DNA from: a virus | Lineage: Duplodnaviria > Caudoviricetes | Length of the DNA: 61,575 bases | IMG/VR virus record: IMGVR_UViG_3300027743_000031 | Location: 1-61,575 of that record | Reading direction: 5' to 3' (one strand) | Part shown: positions 18,325-27,283 of the stretch, piece by piece | Position numbering within the stretch: position 1 is the stretch's first letter | Layout of the letters: every line of letters begins with the position of its first letter | Position numbers and translations under genes: made by a program | The notes under the pieces: model-generated | Seen by the model: the letters and a program-made list of their open reading frames with translations, nothing else | Database searches by the model: none | Told to the model about the DNA's origin: nothing

Positions 18325-18788
18325 ACCCCGGTTCGCCGGGCGGGCGGTCCGGTCTCCGGCCGCTCGGGGCCTCCCGCTCGTCGGGCTGGTCACTGATCGC
18401 CATAGGTCGCTTGCGGCCAAGGTCCATCCACGATGGCGTGCCCTCCACCTCGGTGGCGTGGGGCGAAATGGGCCTTGACCAGGGGCGATCGTTTACAGGT
18501 CTGAGGGCCACCAGCGCACGGAGCGCTCCAGCGATGGAGCCGCGATCGGGCGGTGAGGCTAAGGCAGGCAGGGAGTATGCGACGGTTCGTCTTCCGCTCC
18601 CGGTCCCCGTTGTCACGGGATCACGTGCTGACCCAGATACCTGCACAGTGCGTGCGCAGGGTGTCCCTCGATGGTCCAACTTTCGGTCGGCCGTTCCACC
18701 TTGGGTGGCGCTGGTTCGTGACCAGGACGGCTGGCCGCTTCCCTCAGAAGCGCGTCACCACGACGTATACCCCGAAAGGACAACCACC
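18325..18788 (+). ncRNA. Candidate long structured leader or ncRNA
   Basis: No credible CDS; dense helices including UUCG and GCGA tetraloops and multi-way junctions. Confidence 0.45.
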
Positions 18789-19283
18789 ATGAGCAAGTTC
18801 CGTCTCCCCCTGACCGAGGCGTCCCCCGCAGTTGCGGAGTTCGTCAAGGCCAACAAGCTGACGAAGCTGCCGACCAAGTCGTACGCGGCAACGCTCGACC
18901 ACCACCACCTCTACGAGGCCCGGGAGGCAACGGATCACACCGATCCGAAGTCCCAGGAGGCTGCGTTCCGGTGCTTGGCCGAGATCACGCCTCGCCCTTC
19001 CACCAAGGAAGTGGCGTTCAGCCTCGGCTTCCACGCCCCCAAGTACGTGGGCATGGCAGCCAACGCATGGGCCGCGTCGATCGGGTCGGATGCCCACAAG
19101 AAGTACCCCAACCGTGCGTCGAGCACGGTGCCGAAGGAGAAGGCCGTGCTCCCCAGCGCTCTGCTGGCCGAGCTTGGTTCGCTCCGGACGAAGAAGGACA
19201 TCCTGGCCGCGATCGAGGCGCTGGTGCCGCAGGCACCGGTCGTCGAGGTCGTCGAGGCCAAGGTCACTGCCGACGTCGCATGA
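18789..19283 (+). CDS. Hypothetical protein, first early gene
   Basis: GAAAGGA RBS before ATG 18789. Confidence 0.8.
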   Translation: MSKFRLPLTEASPAVAEFVKANKLTKLPTKSYAATLDHHHLYEAREATDHTDPKSQEAAFRCLAEITPRPSTKEVAFSLGFHAPKYVGMAANAWAASIGSDAHKKYPNRASSTVPKEKAVLPSALLAELGSLRTKKDILAAIEALVPQAPVVEVVEAKVTADVA

Positions 19284-19306
19284 CGGTCGGGCGGCTAGTA
19301 GCCGCG

Positions 19307-19370
19307 GCCCTGAGCGGGCTCACCCTCGCTCAGGGCGCTGCGTCACCCTGACGCTACGAAAGGAACCACC
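19307..19370 (+). repeat. Structured leader element, copy A (loop GCTCACCC)
   Basis: GCCCTGAGCGG/TCGCTCAGGGC, GCT linker, GCGTCA-CCC-TGACGC, GAAAGGAACC. Confidence 0.7.
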
Positions 19371-19688
19371 ATGAACACCATCATCGCCCTCGCTGTCGCT
19401 GCTTGCTCGGTCGTCGGATGCGCCCCCACACGGGATGCGGAGCCGCCAGCCAAGCCGGTCTGCGAGCCAGGCGAGGTCACCGTGTCGAGCGGTCAGCCGA
19501 CTCCGTGCGATCTCCAGTCCCCTGCCAACACGCTCACGCTCGTCTGGAATGCCGAGACCGAGGGCGAAGGCTGGGGCGGGGACGCCTCGGTGGCCAACGC
19601 CGAGGCCGCCGCGCTCGACGCTGGTTGCACGCCGTCGTGGATCAACGACGGCGACTACCGCCTCGTCGGTACGGGCTGCGACTTCTGA
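19371..19688 (+). CDS. Secreted or lipoprotein-like hypothetical protein
   Basis: Hydrophobic N-terminus ending VVGC; Cys-rich. Confidence 0.7.
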   Translation: MNTIIALAVAACSVVGCAPTRDAEPPAKPVCEPGEVTVSSGQPTPCDLQSPANTLTLVWNAETEGEGWGGDASVANAEAAALDAGCTPSWINDGDYRLVGTGCDF

Positions 19689-19701
19689 GCCACCCGGCTC
19701 G

Positions 19702-19774
19702 GCCCGGACGACCGTCGAACGTCGTCCGGGCGCTGCTCCCTCACACGGAGGGAGCTATCCCGAAAGGAACCAAC
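19702..19774 (+). repeat. Structured leader element, copy B (loop CGTCGAAC)
   Basis: GCCCGGACGAC/GTCGTCCGGGC, GCT linker, GCTCCCTC/GAGGGAGC, SD. Confidence 0.9.
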
Positions 19775-20008
19775 ATGCCAACCAAGACCACCATCACGAT
19801 GCCGACGCCGGTCGCGATCGAGGCAACTCGCTTCCCGACCGTCGCCGAGGCCACGGCTTTCGCCCACTCACAGGGCTGGGTCGTGTTCGTTCGTGGGGCC
19901 AAGAAGGCCAACGCCTTCGTCCCCGCGGAGACGCCGATGGCGCTCATCCTCGCAGGAGCCGAGGGCGATCGCTACTGGGCGGTCATGCGTCAGGTCACGC
20001 AGGGCTGA
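19775..20008 (+). CDS. Hypothetical protein
   Basis: Strong SD; MPTKTTIT start. Confidence 0.75.
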   Translation: MPTKTTITMPTPVAIEATRFPTVAEATAFAHSQGWVVFVRGAKKANAFVPAETPMALILAGAEGDRYWAVMRQVTQG

Positions 20009-20016
20009 GCCCTGCC

Positions 20017-20083
20017 GGTCGGGTCGCCGTCGAACGCGGCCCGACCGCTGCTCCCCCAGGAGCACGAACAGGAGGAACCAACC
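20017..20083 (+). repeat. Structured leader element, copy C (loop CGTCGAAC)
   Basis: GGTCGGGTCGC/GCGGCCCGACC, GCT linker, GCTCC/GGAGC, SD. Confidence 0.9.
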
Positions 20084-20584
20084 ATGAGCGAGCAATCGCG
20101 GCTCGACGCCGCGCGCCAGGACGACCCCGAGCTCAGCGCTCGGGTGCGTGCGAAGCGCGAGGCACGGCTGAACCCGACGCCCCCACCACGCCGCAAGACG
20201 CTGGCGCAGGTGCTGGCGGAGGAGGAGGCCGAGCGCGCCGGACAGCCGGTGTGGGTGGCCAGCCCGACAGCAGTCGGGGTGCCCAAGCTCGCACCGGGCC
20301 GGAAGCGCAAGAAGGCCAAGCAGCAACGCTTGGTCGGGTACGTCGAGGTCAGCGTCGAGGCCGAGCCTGTCAAGCGGCAGGCTGGGCGGAGGCGGATGCA
20401 GCAGGCCCCAGCGTGGAACGTCGCGCCGAACGAGGTGTCTCCGGACGCCAGGTTCGTGGCGATCTACGGGAGTCGGGGCGGGATGCTGACCGACAGCGAC
20501 AGGAAGCTGTGGCCGAAGCCCACGACCCGGATCATGGACCGTGACGGGCAGGTGCTGAAGCACAACGAGAGGGGTGAGCAGTGA
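20084..20584 (+). CDS. Basic hypothetical protein
   Basis: Strong SD; Arg/Lys-rich. Confidence 0.75.
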   Translation: MSEQSRLDAARQDDPELSARVRAKREARLNPTPPPRRKTLAQVLAEEEAERAGQPVWVASPTAVGVPKLAPGRKRKKAKQQRLVGYVEVSVEAEPVKRQAGRRRMQQAPAWNVAPNEVSPDARFVAIYGSRGGMLTDSDRKLWPKPTTRIMDRDGQVLKHNERGEQ

Positions 20585-20808
20585 CCATCGAGCACGTCGT
20601 CGCGACCAGCGTGGCGAGCGGCGATGTCCTCCGCGTGAACATGGCCCCGACCCCCAAGGACGACCCGCAGTATGAGTGGCGGACGGTCACTCAGGTGCGG
20701 ACGGGCACCGAGATCGTGGCGATCACGATCGAGGGTGCCGCAGGCGAACGGCAGAAGGTGGTCACGCACGTCGTGACGCTGGGCTGCCGGATGCAGGTGT
20801 GCCGCTGA
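20581..20808 (+). CDS. Hypothetical protein
   Basis: GTGA overlap with the upstream gene. Confidence 0.65.
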   Translation: MTIEHVVATSVASGDVLRVNMAPTPKDDPQYEWRTVTQVRTGTEIVAITIEGAAGERQKVVTHVVTLGCRMQVCR

Positions 20809-20815
20809 GCCACCG

Positions 20816-20886
20816 GGACCGGGCACCGTCGAACGTGCCCGGTCCGCTGTCCCCACCGCTGGGGACGACACGAAAGGAACCCAACC
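20816..20886 (+). repeat. Structured leader element, copy D (loop CGTCGAAC)
   Basis: GGACCGGGCAC/GTGCCCGGTCC, GCT linker, GTCCCCA/TGGGGAC, SD. Confidence 0.9.
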
Positions 20887-21168
20887 ATGACCACCCAACC
20901 CATCGACGAGAACGTCGTCAGCGCGCCCTGCGTGCAGACGATCGACCTCGATTGCGCCCCCGGAGCGACACGTCCCGGGGACCTGATCGACGGCGTGCTG
21001 GAGGGCACCGGACTCGTCCCCTTGGGCGAGCCGAGCAAGTTCTTCGGCAACTGGTGCTGGGCGTTCGACTGCCCCACTGAGGAGTGGAAAGAGCGCGTCC
21101 AGCCGATCATCATTCCCCGGATCAAGGCGCTCTATGCGACCGGCTTGATCCGCTACGGAAGCTGGTGA
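20887..21168 (+). CDS. Hypothetical protein
   Basis: Strong SD; IDLDCAPG...IRYGSW. Confidence 0.8.
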   Translation: MTTQPIDENVVSAPCVQTIDLDCAPGATRPGDLIDGVLEGTGLVPLGEPSKFFGNWCWAFDCPTEEWKERVQPIIIPRIKALYATGLIRYGSW

Positions 21169-21443
21169 GCGCCGTGAGTGACGTCGAGCAAGCACCGCGC
21201 GACACGCCGACGTGCGTGTGGGAGGAGTACCACGACGACATGTACCGGGAGTTCGCTCCCGAGCCGATCGTCGTGGAGTGCGAAGCCCCAGCGCAGTACG
21301 AGATCTCGTACTACGACGCGCACAACCCAGAAGGCAATGTGCTGTGCCGGGATGTGATGTGCGAGTCGCACTTCCTCCCGGCCATCCACGGACTGACCCG
21401 CGAGCGGAGCGTGAGCAGCATCACGTTCCGGAGGCTCGCATGA
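21165..21443 (+). CDS. Hypothetical protein
   Basis: GTGA overlap. Confidence 0.6.
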   Translation: MSAVSDVEQAPRDTPTCVWEEYHDDMYREFAPEPIVVECEAPAQYEISYYDAHNPEGNVLCRDVMCESHFLPAIHGLTRERSVSSITFRRLA

Positions 21444-21550
21444 ACCAGTGCGAGGCCCGCAACCCGAACGCTGGCGGTCGCTGCCAGCGCCCGGCGACGC
21501 AAGTCGTCAACGGGCAACACCTGTGCGACATTCACGCCCGACGCGCGTAA
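21440..21550 (+). CDS. Small Cys/His (Zn-finger-like) protein, 36 aa
   Basis: ATGA overlap; C...C...CDIH. Confidence 0.55.
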   Translation: MNQCEARNPNAGGRCQRPATQVVNGQHLCDIHARRA

Positions 21551-21556
21551 GCGTCG

Positions 21557-21622
21557 GCCCCGATCACGGTCGAACGTGGTCGGGGCGCTGCCCCACCCAG
21601 GGGCGAGAAGGAAGGAACCACC
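21557..21622 (+). repeat. Structured leader element, copy E (loop GGTCGAAC)
   Basis: GCCCCGATCAC/GTGGTCGGGGC, GCT linker, GCCCC/GGGGC, SD. Confidence 0.9.
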
Positions 21623-21823
21623 ATGACCGACAAGCACACGACCACCGTCGTGCAGTCGCGCCCTCCCTGCGACATCTGCGGGGAGCCAGCGCAGTACGAC
21701 GCCAAGACCAAGCACGGGCCGTGGGGCTGGCTGTGCCAGGCCGACTTCGACAAGCTCGGAGTCGGACTGGGGCTGGGCCTCGGCCAGAAGCTGATCGTCA
21801 CCGACGAGGGGGCGATCGCATGA
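21623..21823 (+). CDS. Small Zn-binding hypothetical protein
   Basis: CDIC...GPWGWLC...GLGLGLGQ. Confidence 0.75.
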   Translation: MTDKHTTTVVQSRPPCDICGEPAQYDAKTKHGPWGWLCQADFDKLGVGLGLGLGQKLIVTDEGAIA

Positions 21824-22098
21824 CACCAGCGTTCACGCTCCACAACTCGGGCGGGATCGTCAGCCTGGATGGGCCGGGGGGTCGCTACGACGCCCCGGTC
21901 CACGTCTGGGAGGCAGCGCTGGGACTGACCAGCGTCGAGCTTCTCGCGCGCTGGGACGACGTGTACCAGTGGCCCAACCGAGCCGACGAGGAAGACGTCG
22001 CACAGTTCCGTGCCGACTTCATCGCTCTGCCTCACGCGGCGCAAGCCGTGATGGTCGCGGAGTGGGAGGGCGACACCTTCACACCACCGAAGCAATGA
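21820..22098 (+). CDS. Hypothetical protein
   Basis: ATGA overlap. Confidence 0.6.
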   Translation: MTPAFTLHNSGGIVSLDGPGGRYDAPVHVWEAALGLTSVELLARWDDVYQWPNRADEEDVAQFRADFIALPHAAQAVMVAEWEGDTFTPPKQ

Positions 22099-22111
22099 GA
22101 AAGGAACCAAC

Positions 22112-22300
22112 ATGGACCGCACGTTGAAGGGGAGGCGGATCAGAGTCGACTACTGCTCTGATCCGCACACGCGACTGGACTCTGGCGAGGAAGGCACGAT
22201 CGATTTCGTGGACGACCTCGGCACGATCCACGTCACGTGGGACGGGGGGAGCAAGCTCGGCTTGGTCCCCGGCGAAGACAGGTGGACGGTGCTCACATGA
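22112..22300 (+). CDS. DUF4314-like protein
   Basis: GTIDFVDDLGTIHVTWDGGSKLGLVPGED motif. Confidence 0.8.
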   Translation: MDRTLKGRRIRVDYCSDPHTRLDSGEEGTIDFVDDLGTIHVTWDGGSKLGLVPGEDRWTVLT

Positions 22301-22809
22301 CCGCCACCGCGCCCAAGCCGTTCGAAGGGACGGACGAAGAGAGGGACCGCAACCGAGCCACCCATCAGTGGCGACAGGTCAGCGAGGACGGGGACTTCGC
22401 CTGTATGAACTGCGCCGCGGAGACGTGGCACGCAGCGGCGAACTACCCGTGCGGAGCGCCGGTGCCGAGGATGGAGTACCTGCCCGGTGTCGAGGGACCG
22501 GCCAGTTCTCCGTTGGAGGTGACGACCGACAGCGAGCCGAACGTCGAGATCCGCGACCTGAAGTCGGGGATGCTCTGCGTGTGCCTCTACACGGCGGTGT
22601 TCACGTCGTTGCAGCACGCGGTGATGGCCGCGGGGTCGATCCTGGAGAGTCCGGGGTGGGCCGGGGGGACGCGGCTGGCCGTGTTCGCTCGGGACCGGGA
22701 GTTCTATGAGCTCCTCGACCTCGACGAGTTCCAGCGGGTCGAACCGCACGCCGACATCAGCGATCGCATCGTCGCTCTGCTGATCAAGGACACGACACCG
22801 GACGAGTGA
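22297..22809 (+). CDS. Hypothetical protein
   Basis: ATGA overlap; CMNC. Confidence 0.65.
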   Translation: MTATAPKPFEGTDEERDRNRATHQWRQVSEDGDFACMNCAAETWHAAANYPCGAPVPRMEYLPGVEGPASSPLEVTTDSEPNVEIRDLKSGMLCVCLYTAVFTSLQHAVMAAGSILESPGWAGGTRLAVFARDREFYELLDLDEFQRVEPHADISDRIVALLIKDTTPDE

Positions 22810-22816
22810 TCGTCCC

Positions 22817-22877
22817 GCCCGTGCGAGCGTCACACCTCGCTCGGGCACGGCGCGCGCCGCGCGCAGAAAGGAACCAC
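22817..22877 (+). repeat. Structured leader element, copy F (loop CGTCACAC)
   Basis: GCCCGTGCGAG/CTCGCTCGGGC (one mismatch), ACG linker, GCGCGC/GCGCGC, SD. Confidence 0.8.
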
Positions 22878-23111
22878 ATGACCAAGCAACAACAGCGACC
22901 CGTCACAGAGTCGGCGCTGGCTTCCACTGCCAAGGCGGGCGACCGCTGGTGGCAGAGCGATGACTGTGTGCTCATCAACGAGGTCGTCGTCACCGACGAC
23001 GCCGTGAAGGTGAGCGGCTACATCGTCAAGGGCTGGGGAGCCAGTAAGAAGCTCCGTCACTGGTCGTTCATCCTCGACCAGATGTTGGAACTGGAGAGGG
23101 GAAGAGCATGA
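22878..23111 (+). CDS. Hypothetical protein
   Basis: Strong SD. Confidence 0.7.
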   Translation: MTKQQQRPVTESALASTAKAGDRWWQSDDCVLINEVVVTDDAVKVSGYIVKGWGASKKLRHWSFILDQMLELERGRA

Positions 23112-23410
23112 CCGACGAACAACCCGAGGTGTGGGTGCTCGTCAACCAGGGCTTGGCGAGTGCCGAGCCACGGCTGGAGCATCTGATCGGCACCTACCTG
23201 CTATCGAGCGACGTCAATGCGCGCGACGGCAGGGGCGCGGCGGAGTGGACCAGGGACTTGGACAAGGCGCAGAAGTTCCCGTCGTTCGCGCAAGCGTTCG
23301 ACGAGTGGCGCAGGCAGTCCGACGTCACACCGTTCCGTGACGACGGCTACCCCAACCGCCCGCTGACGGCGTTCAGCGTCGAGCCGAGGAGGGTCGATGC
23401 CACGTCGTAG
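23108..23410 (+). CDS. Hypothetical protein
   Basis: ATGA overlap; RDDGYPNRPLTAF. Confidence 0.7.
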   Translation: MTDEQPEVWVLVNQGLASAEPRLEHLIGTYLLSSDVNARDGRGAAEWTRDLDKAQKFPSFAQAFDEWRRQSDVTPFRDDGYPNRPLTAFSVEPRRVDATS

Positions 23411-23717
23411 GTACTACCGACCAAGCGGAGACTCGCACGCCGACTTCATGCGGTGCCGGACCTTCGGCCACATGATGGACGACATCCCGTCAGAGGACGA
23501 CACCGGCTACGGCGACCCGCTGTGGGTTCGGTGCATGCGCTGCGGGACCGAGCGCCACGACGGCATCGGCTCGTCGGGGCAGGTCGTCTATCGGCGGTAC
23601 GTCTACCCGGAGGGGTACAAGGACGCCTTCCGCCACGAGGGCGACGAGCCACCGTCGCGTTCGGACTACCGGATGCTGCTCTTGCAGCAGAAGATCCGTG
23701 AAGCGAGGCAGGCGTGA
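23397..23717 (+). CDS. Zn-ribbon hypothetical protein
   Basis: CRTFGH...CMRCGTER. Confidence 0.7.
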   Translation: MPRRRYYRPSGDSHADFMRCRTFGHMMDDIPSEDDTGYGDPLWVRCMRCGTERHDGIGSSGQVVYRRYVYPEGYKDAFRHEGDEPPSRSDYRMLLLQQKIREARQA

Positions 23718-24088
23718 TGAAGTGCCGCTTCGACCCGCACCACAAGACCGAGTTCCCGAACGCGGTCGCGCTCAGCCAGCACTACATCGCTGAGCACGGC
23801 GACGTGTACTCGCCGCCACAGCGGCTGCCGTGCCCGGAGTGCGGCAAGCCCGTGTCCGAGCACGGGATCAAGGAGCACATGAAGCGCCAGCACGGAGCGG
23901 CCTCTGCGGAGGTCGTGCCCGTGCAGGCGAAGAAGGCCCCGCCCCAGCGGGAGCCGTGGAATCCGAAGCAGGTCGTCGTGCCGGTGGTGCGCGAGCTCTT
24001 CGGGGAGCAAGTCCCGACAGACAGCTTGGGCGAGGTCATCGACTTCGCCGAGGCCACCCGAAGGCTCATCGAGAGGAGTCAGCAATGA
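23714..24088 (+). CDS. C2H2-type zinc-finger protein
   Basis: CPECGK...HMKRQH. Confidence 0.65.
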   Translation: MMKCRFDPHHKTEFPNAVALSQHYIAEHGDVYSPPQRLPCPECGKPVSEHGIKEHMKRQHGAASAEVVPVQAKKAPPQREPWNPKQVVVPVVRELFGEQVPTDSLGEVIDFAEATRRLIERSQQ

Positions 24089-24462
24089 AGGGCATCGCCA
24101 TCACGGCCATCCAGATCGCACCTGGAATGGTCGGCACCAACATCGACCCGTGGGAAGGCGAAGGCTTGCACGACCTGCAAGCCTTCGTCGGGGGCTTGAT
24201 CGAAGCCATCCCCACGGACGAACGAGTGACCCTGTGGGTCAACGAAGAGGGCAAGTACCAGGGCCTGCCGCGCAACCGCGTGGCCGAGAACGTGTGGCGT
24301 CTGTTCGACAGCTACGGCTGCCTCGCCAGCGGGGACTACATCGTGGGCAACATGCTCATCACCGGACCACCCGATGCGTTCGGTCGGACCACGGACGTGC
24401 CTGAGTTCCTGATCGAGGAGATCATGGAGGCTGCGGGGAAGCTCGATGACCCGCGACCGTGA
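24085..24462 (+). CDS. DUF3846-like protein
   Basis: LQAFVGGLIE...VNEEGK...LPRN...IVGNMLITG. Confidence 0.75.
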   Translation: MKGIAITAIQIAPGMVGTNIDPWEGEGLHDLQAFVGGLIEAIPTDERVTLWVNEEGKYQGLPRNRVAENVWRLFDSYGCLASGDYIVGNMLITGPPDAFGRTTDVPEFLIEEIMEAAGKLDDPRP

Positions 24463-25663
24463 CCGCAAGGCGTGGGCGGGCATCGGGCCTGCGGTGGACG
24501 CTCATCTCCATCGGTGGGACCAACTGCACCGAGTGCAGGAACCGGCCAAGCTGCTCTCGCGCTCGCTGACGGACAAGTCCATCGACAAGCGGGCGCTGGG
24601 GCGAGCGGTGAACGTGCCAATCCTTCAGTCGTGGGTGCAGTTCTCGATGAGCTACGGGATCGTCACGCAGAACGGCGTGCCGATGTTGATGGGCGCGGTC
24701 CATGAGGGGACCACGATCAGCGGCAAGGAGACGTTCGAAGCGGAGGCGGTCGCGCTGCCGATGGCGGGCAACTTCGCTCAGCGCGAGCACAGCATGCTCG
24801 ACCGGGCCGTGACCCACTACATCTCGGCCGAGATCGTCAACGAGATCGACCTGGCAGTGCAGAGCACGACGTGTGATCCGCTGTTCGAAACGGACCTGTT
24901 CACACCGGTCGGCTTCGCCGTTCTGGAGGAGCCGTTCTTGGTCAACGACCTCGACATGGACACGGGCCTGCCCACCGACAACATCTGGCTGGGCATCCGT
25001 GCGTTCGGGTGGCAGCGCATCGAGCGCATCGGTCACGCCGACGACAACCAGGCGCTGCCGGGGATCGAACTGTTCCTCTACACGACGCCCGAGGACTACG
25101 AGTCCATCTACATCGAGTCGTTGATCGACGCGGGGCACGAACCACCGGACCATCAGAACCCGGTCAGCAACTTCCTCATCATCGAGGTCGTGCCGTGGCG
25201 GTTCGGCTCGCAGTGGGACATCAACGACGAGTCACCGGAGTACGTGGCCGGGTTCTTGCCGTCGCCGGTCGCGCACCAGCGCAAGTGGTTCCACACGTTC
25301 ATGCGCTTCTGCTGGCAGGAGATCATCCATCACCAGCGGCACGCTCCCGAGCGTGCAGAGCGGCGGGAGTGGGAGCGGTTGGCGAAGAAGAAGGAACTGC
25401 TCGACTACACGACGCTGCGTCTGCGGCGCTACGTCGATCCCGAGCACGTCGCCTACGAGGGCGGCGGTGTCCCGCTCACACACCGGGTGAAGGTGCGCGC
25501 GCACTGGACGCGGCAGTACTACCCGACGATGGGTCCGGCGCGGTTGCCGGACGGACGAATGAACCCAGACAGTCATCGCCTGATCTGGATCGAGAGCTAC
25601 TGGAAAGGCCCCGAAGACGGGCCTCTCGGTGCAATGCACGCGGCCACGTCGGTCGTGCGCTGA
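24446..25663 (+). CDS. Hypothetical protein (405 aa) with C-terminal VRAHW...WIESYWKGP domain
   Basis: Long ORF in the operon; function unknown. Confidence 0.8.
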   Translation: MTRDRDRKAWAGIGPAVDAHLHRWDQLHRVQEPAKLLSRSLTDKSIDKRALGRAVNVPILQSWVQFSMSYGIVTQNGVPMLMGAVHEGTTISGKETFEAEAVALPMAGNFAQREHSMLDRAVTHYISAEIVNEIDLAVQSTTCDPLFETDLFTPVGFAVLEEPFLVNDLDMDTGLPTDNIWLGIRAFGWQRIERIGHADDNQALPGIELFLYTTPEDYESIYIESLIDAGHEPPDHQNPVSNFLIIEVVPWRFGSQWDINDESPEYVAGFLPSPVAHQRKWFHTFMRFCWQEIIHHQRHAPERAERREWERLAKKKELLDYTTLRLRRYVDPEHVAYEGGGVPLTHRVKVRAHWTRQYYPTMGPARLPDGRMNPDSHRLIWIESYWKGPEDGPLGAMHAATSVVR

Positions 25664-25680
25664 ACAAGGAAGGAACCAAC

Positions 25681-25944
25681 ATGCCCGACTCGACAACTCT
25701 CGGGACGACCTACGACGAGCGGCTCAACGCGATGATCGATCTGCTCGACGGATGGGTGCTCATCAGCGATGCGATTTCGCGTCGCCTGCACCCGACAGGG
25801 ACCGTGCATCGGCGTCACCCAATCTGGCTGACGCCGATGTGCAACCACAGCAATGGACTCAACGAGTTCCACATCGGCACGTTCCACGAGCTCGCCTCAT
25901 GCGAGCACCGCTGCGCTCTCTGTGAGAGGGCGGTTGGGTGGTGA
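25681..25944 (+). CDS. Hypothetical protein
   Basis: GAAGGAACC SD; C-terminal Cys cluster. Confidence 0.65.
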   Translation: MPDSTTLGTTYDERLNAMIDLLDGWVLISDAISRRLHPTGTVHRRHPIWLTPMCNHSNGLNEFHIGTFHELASCEHRCALCERAVGW

Positions 25945-25960
25945 TGGGCTGACCAAGATC

Positions 25961-26139
25961 GCCGGGTGAGGAGCGGGAATTCCTCCACCCGGCAGCCCGC
26001 ACAGGAGCGGACACCTGTGCGGGCATTGCCTGGCGGGAACCAGGCGGTGCGACGGCGGATGTCGCACCGGGTTGGGCGGGGATCGAGTATCCCGCCCATC
26101 CACCGCGCCCACAGTGGGCGCTCTTGAAAGGAACCAGAC
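25961..26139 (+). ncRNA. Six-hairpin intergenic array (GGA-loop hairpins plus leader element copy G)
   Basis: Four abutting hairpins with loops GCGGGAAT, AGCGGACA, CGGGAA and GGCGGAT, then a long stem, ACC linker, hairpin and SD. Confidence 0.55.
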
Positions 26140-26784
26140 ATGACCGAAGAACACAACACCGAAGCCGTGATCGAGTCGCTCAGAGTTCTCCAGTTCGGAG
26201 GCGACGAGCATCTCGGGTTCACGACAACACACGAGGGTGGGGCATCACTGACCCACGCCGAACTGTGCTCGTACCTCTACTCGGCGTCGTGCGCGCTGCG
26301 TCACTTCACCTCCACCGAGGAGGAGTTGCGCCGTGAGCTCGGGTCAACGCGCGAGTCGTTGCGGCTGGCGCAGATCGACGTGGCCGCCAAGAGCGACGAG
26401 ATCCTCGCGGCTCGCACCGAACTGGCGGAGTTCCGTGACGACCACGCGCTGGTCGTTGATTCTCAGGCGGTGATGAACACAAACCTGTTCGAAGCGCGGC
26501 GGGACTTGGGGATCATTGCCGAGGCGCTCCGCGAGGAAGCCACGAAGCGGGAGTGGTGCTCGGAGTACGAGGACTTCGTCAACCGCGTCAACCACATGAC
26601 GACGGGCAATCACCTCGTCCCGTGCTGGGTCAACCGGAGCCTGACGTTCACCGTGCGGGTGAACTTCACCGCTTCGCGCGATCAGGTCGGGACGTTGGAG
26701 GAAGAACTCAGGGAGCAGATGCGCGATCTGAGCCTGGACGGCGTTGAAGACCTCAACGTCGATGTCGCAGTCACCAGGGGCTGA
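26140..26784 (+). CDS. Coiled-coil hypothetical protein
   Basis: Strong SD; EATKREWCSEYE. Confidence 0.75.
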   Translation: MTEEHNTEAVIESLRVLQFGGDEHLGFTTTHEGGASLTHAELCSYLYSASCALRHFTSTEEELRRELGSTRESLRLAQIDVAAKSDEILAARTELAEFRDDHALVVDSQAVMNTNLFEARRDLGIIAEALREEATKREWCSEYEDFVNRVNHMTTGNHLVPCWVNRSLTFTVRVNFTASRDQVGTLEEELREQMRDLSLDGVEDLNVDVAVTRG

Positions 26785-26796
26785 GAAAGGAAGGCC

Positions 26797-27198
26797 ATGA
26801 ACGAGTCAGTGGTGTCGATAGCCGACGCCGCCGCTGCTCTCGGGGTGAGCCGACAACGCGTCGAGAAGCTCATCAGCGAGGGGAAGTTGGTGGCGGTCGA
26901 GCACCATCGGCACCGATACGTGACTCTTGCGTCCATTGCTGCACGACAGCAGGGGCCGCCCCCCACGGAGCGCCTGACGACCCGGCAAGTAGCCGAGAAG
27001 TTGGGCGTTGCGGCGGCGACCGTGAACACCTACAGAAAGAAGGCGCTGCTCCCTGGAGCAGTGAAGGAAGGGAACACGTGGACGTTCCCGCCTGACGTGC
27101 TTGATGGGTGGGACAGGCGCAAGCCCGTCGTCGCCTTGCACGCACGGCAGCAGCCGTACAACCAAACCCGCTTGCGAAGGCTACGCCCCAAGGCGTAG
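26797..27198 (+). CDS. Tandem excisionase/MerR-like HTH DNA-binding protein
   Basis: Two HTH units: SIADAAAALGVSRQRV and TTRQVAEKLGVAAATV. Confidence 0.8.
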   Translation: MNESVVSIADAAAALGVSRQRVEKLISEGKLVAVEHHRHRYVTLASIAARQQGPPPTERLTTRQVAEKLGVAAATVNTYRKKALLPGAVKEGNTWTFPPDVLDGWDRRKPVVALHARQQPYNQTRLRRLRPKA

Positions 27199-27206
27199 TC
27201 CTTGCC

Positions 27207-27283
27207 GCCCGCGTCACCGTCGAACGTGACGTGGGCACTGGTCGCTCCGATCCGCGGTGCGACCGAACTGGAAAGGAACCATC
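27207..27283 (+). repeat. Structured leader element, copy H (loop CGTCGAAC)
   Basis: GCCCGCGTCAC/GTGACGTGGGC, ACT linker, GGTCGCTCCG/CGGTGCGACC, SD. Confidence 0.9.

Noticed and set aside
18244-18329. GTGTCACCCC repeats and GTGACA-ACC-GTCAC as the same operator as TGACA-GCC-TGTCA at 8320
   Set aside because: Half-site spacing differs by one base and there are too few copies to separate this from chance.
26797-27198. Excisionase implying an integration module
   Set aside because: No tyrosine or serine integrase was found; these HTH domains are common regulators.
19702-27283. Repeated CGTCGAAC elements as a CRISPR array or integron attC sites
   Set aside because: Only the loop is conserved, spacing is gene-sized and irregular, and there are no cas genes, integron integrase or RYYYAAC/GTTRRRY ends.
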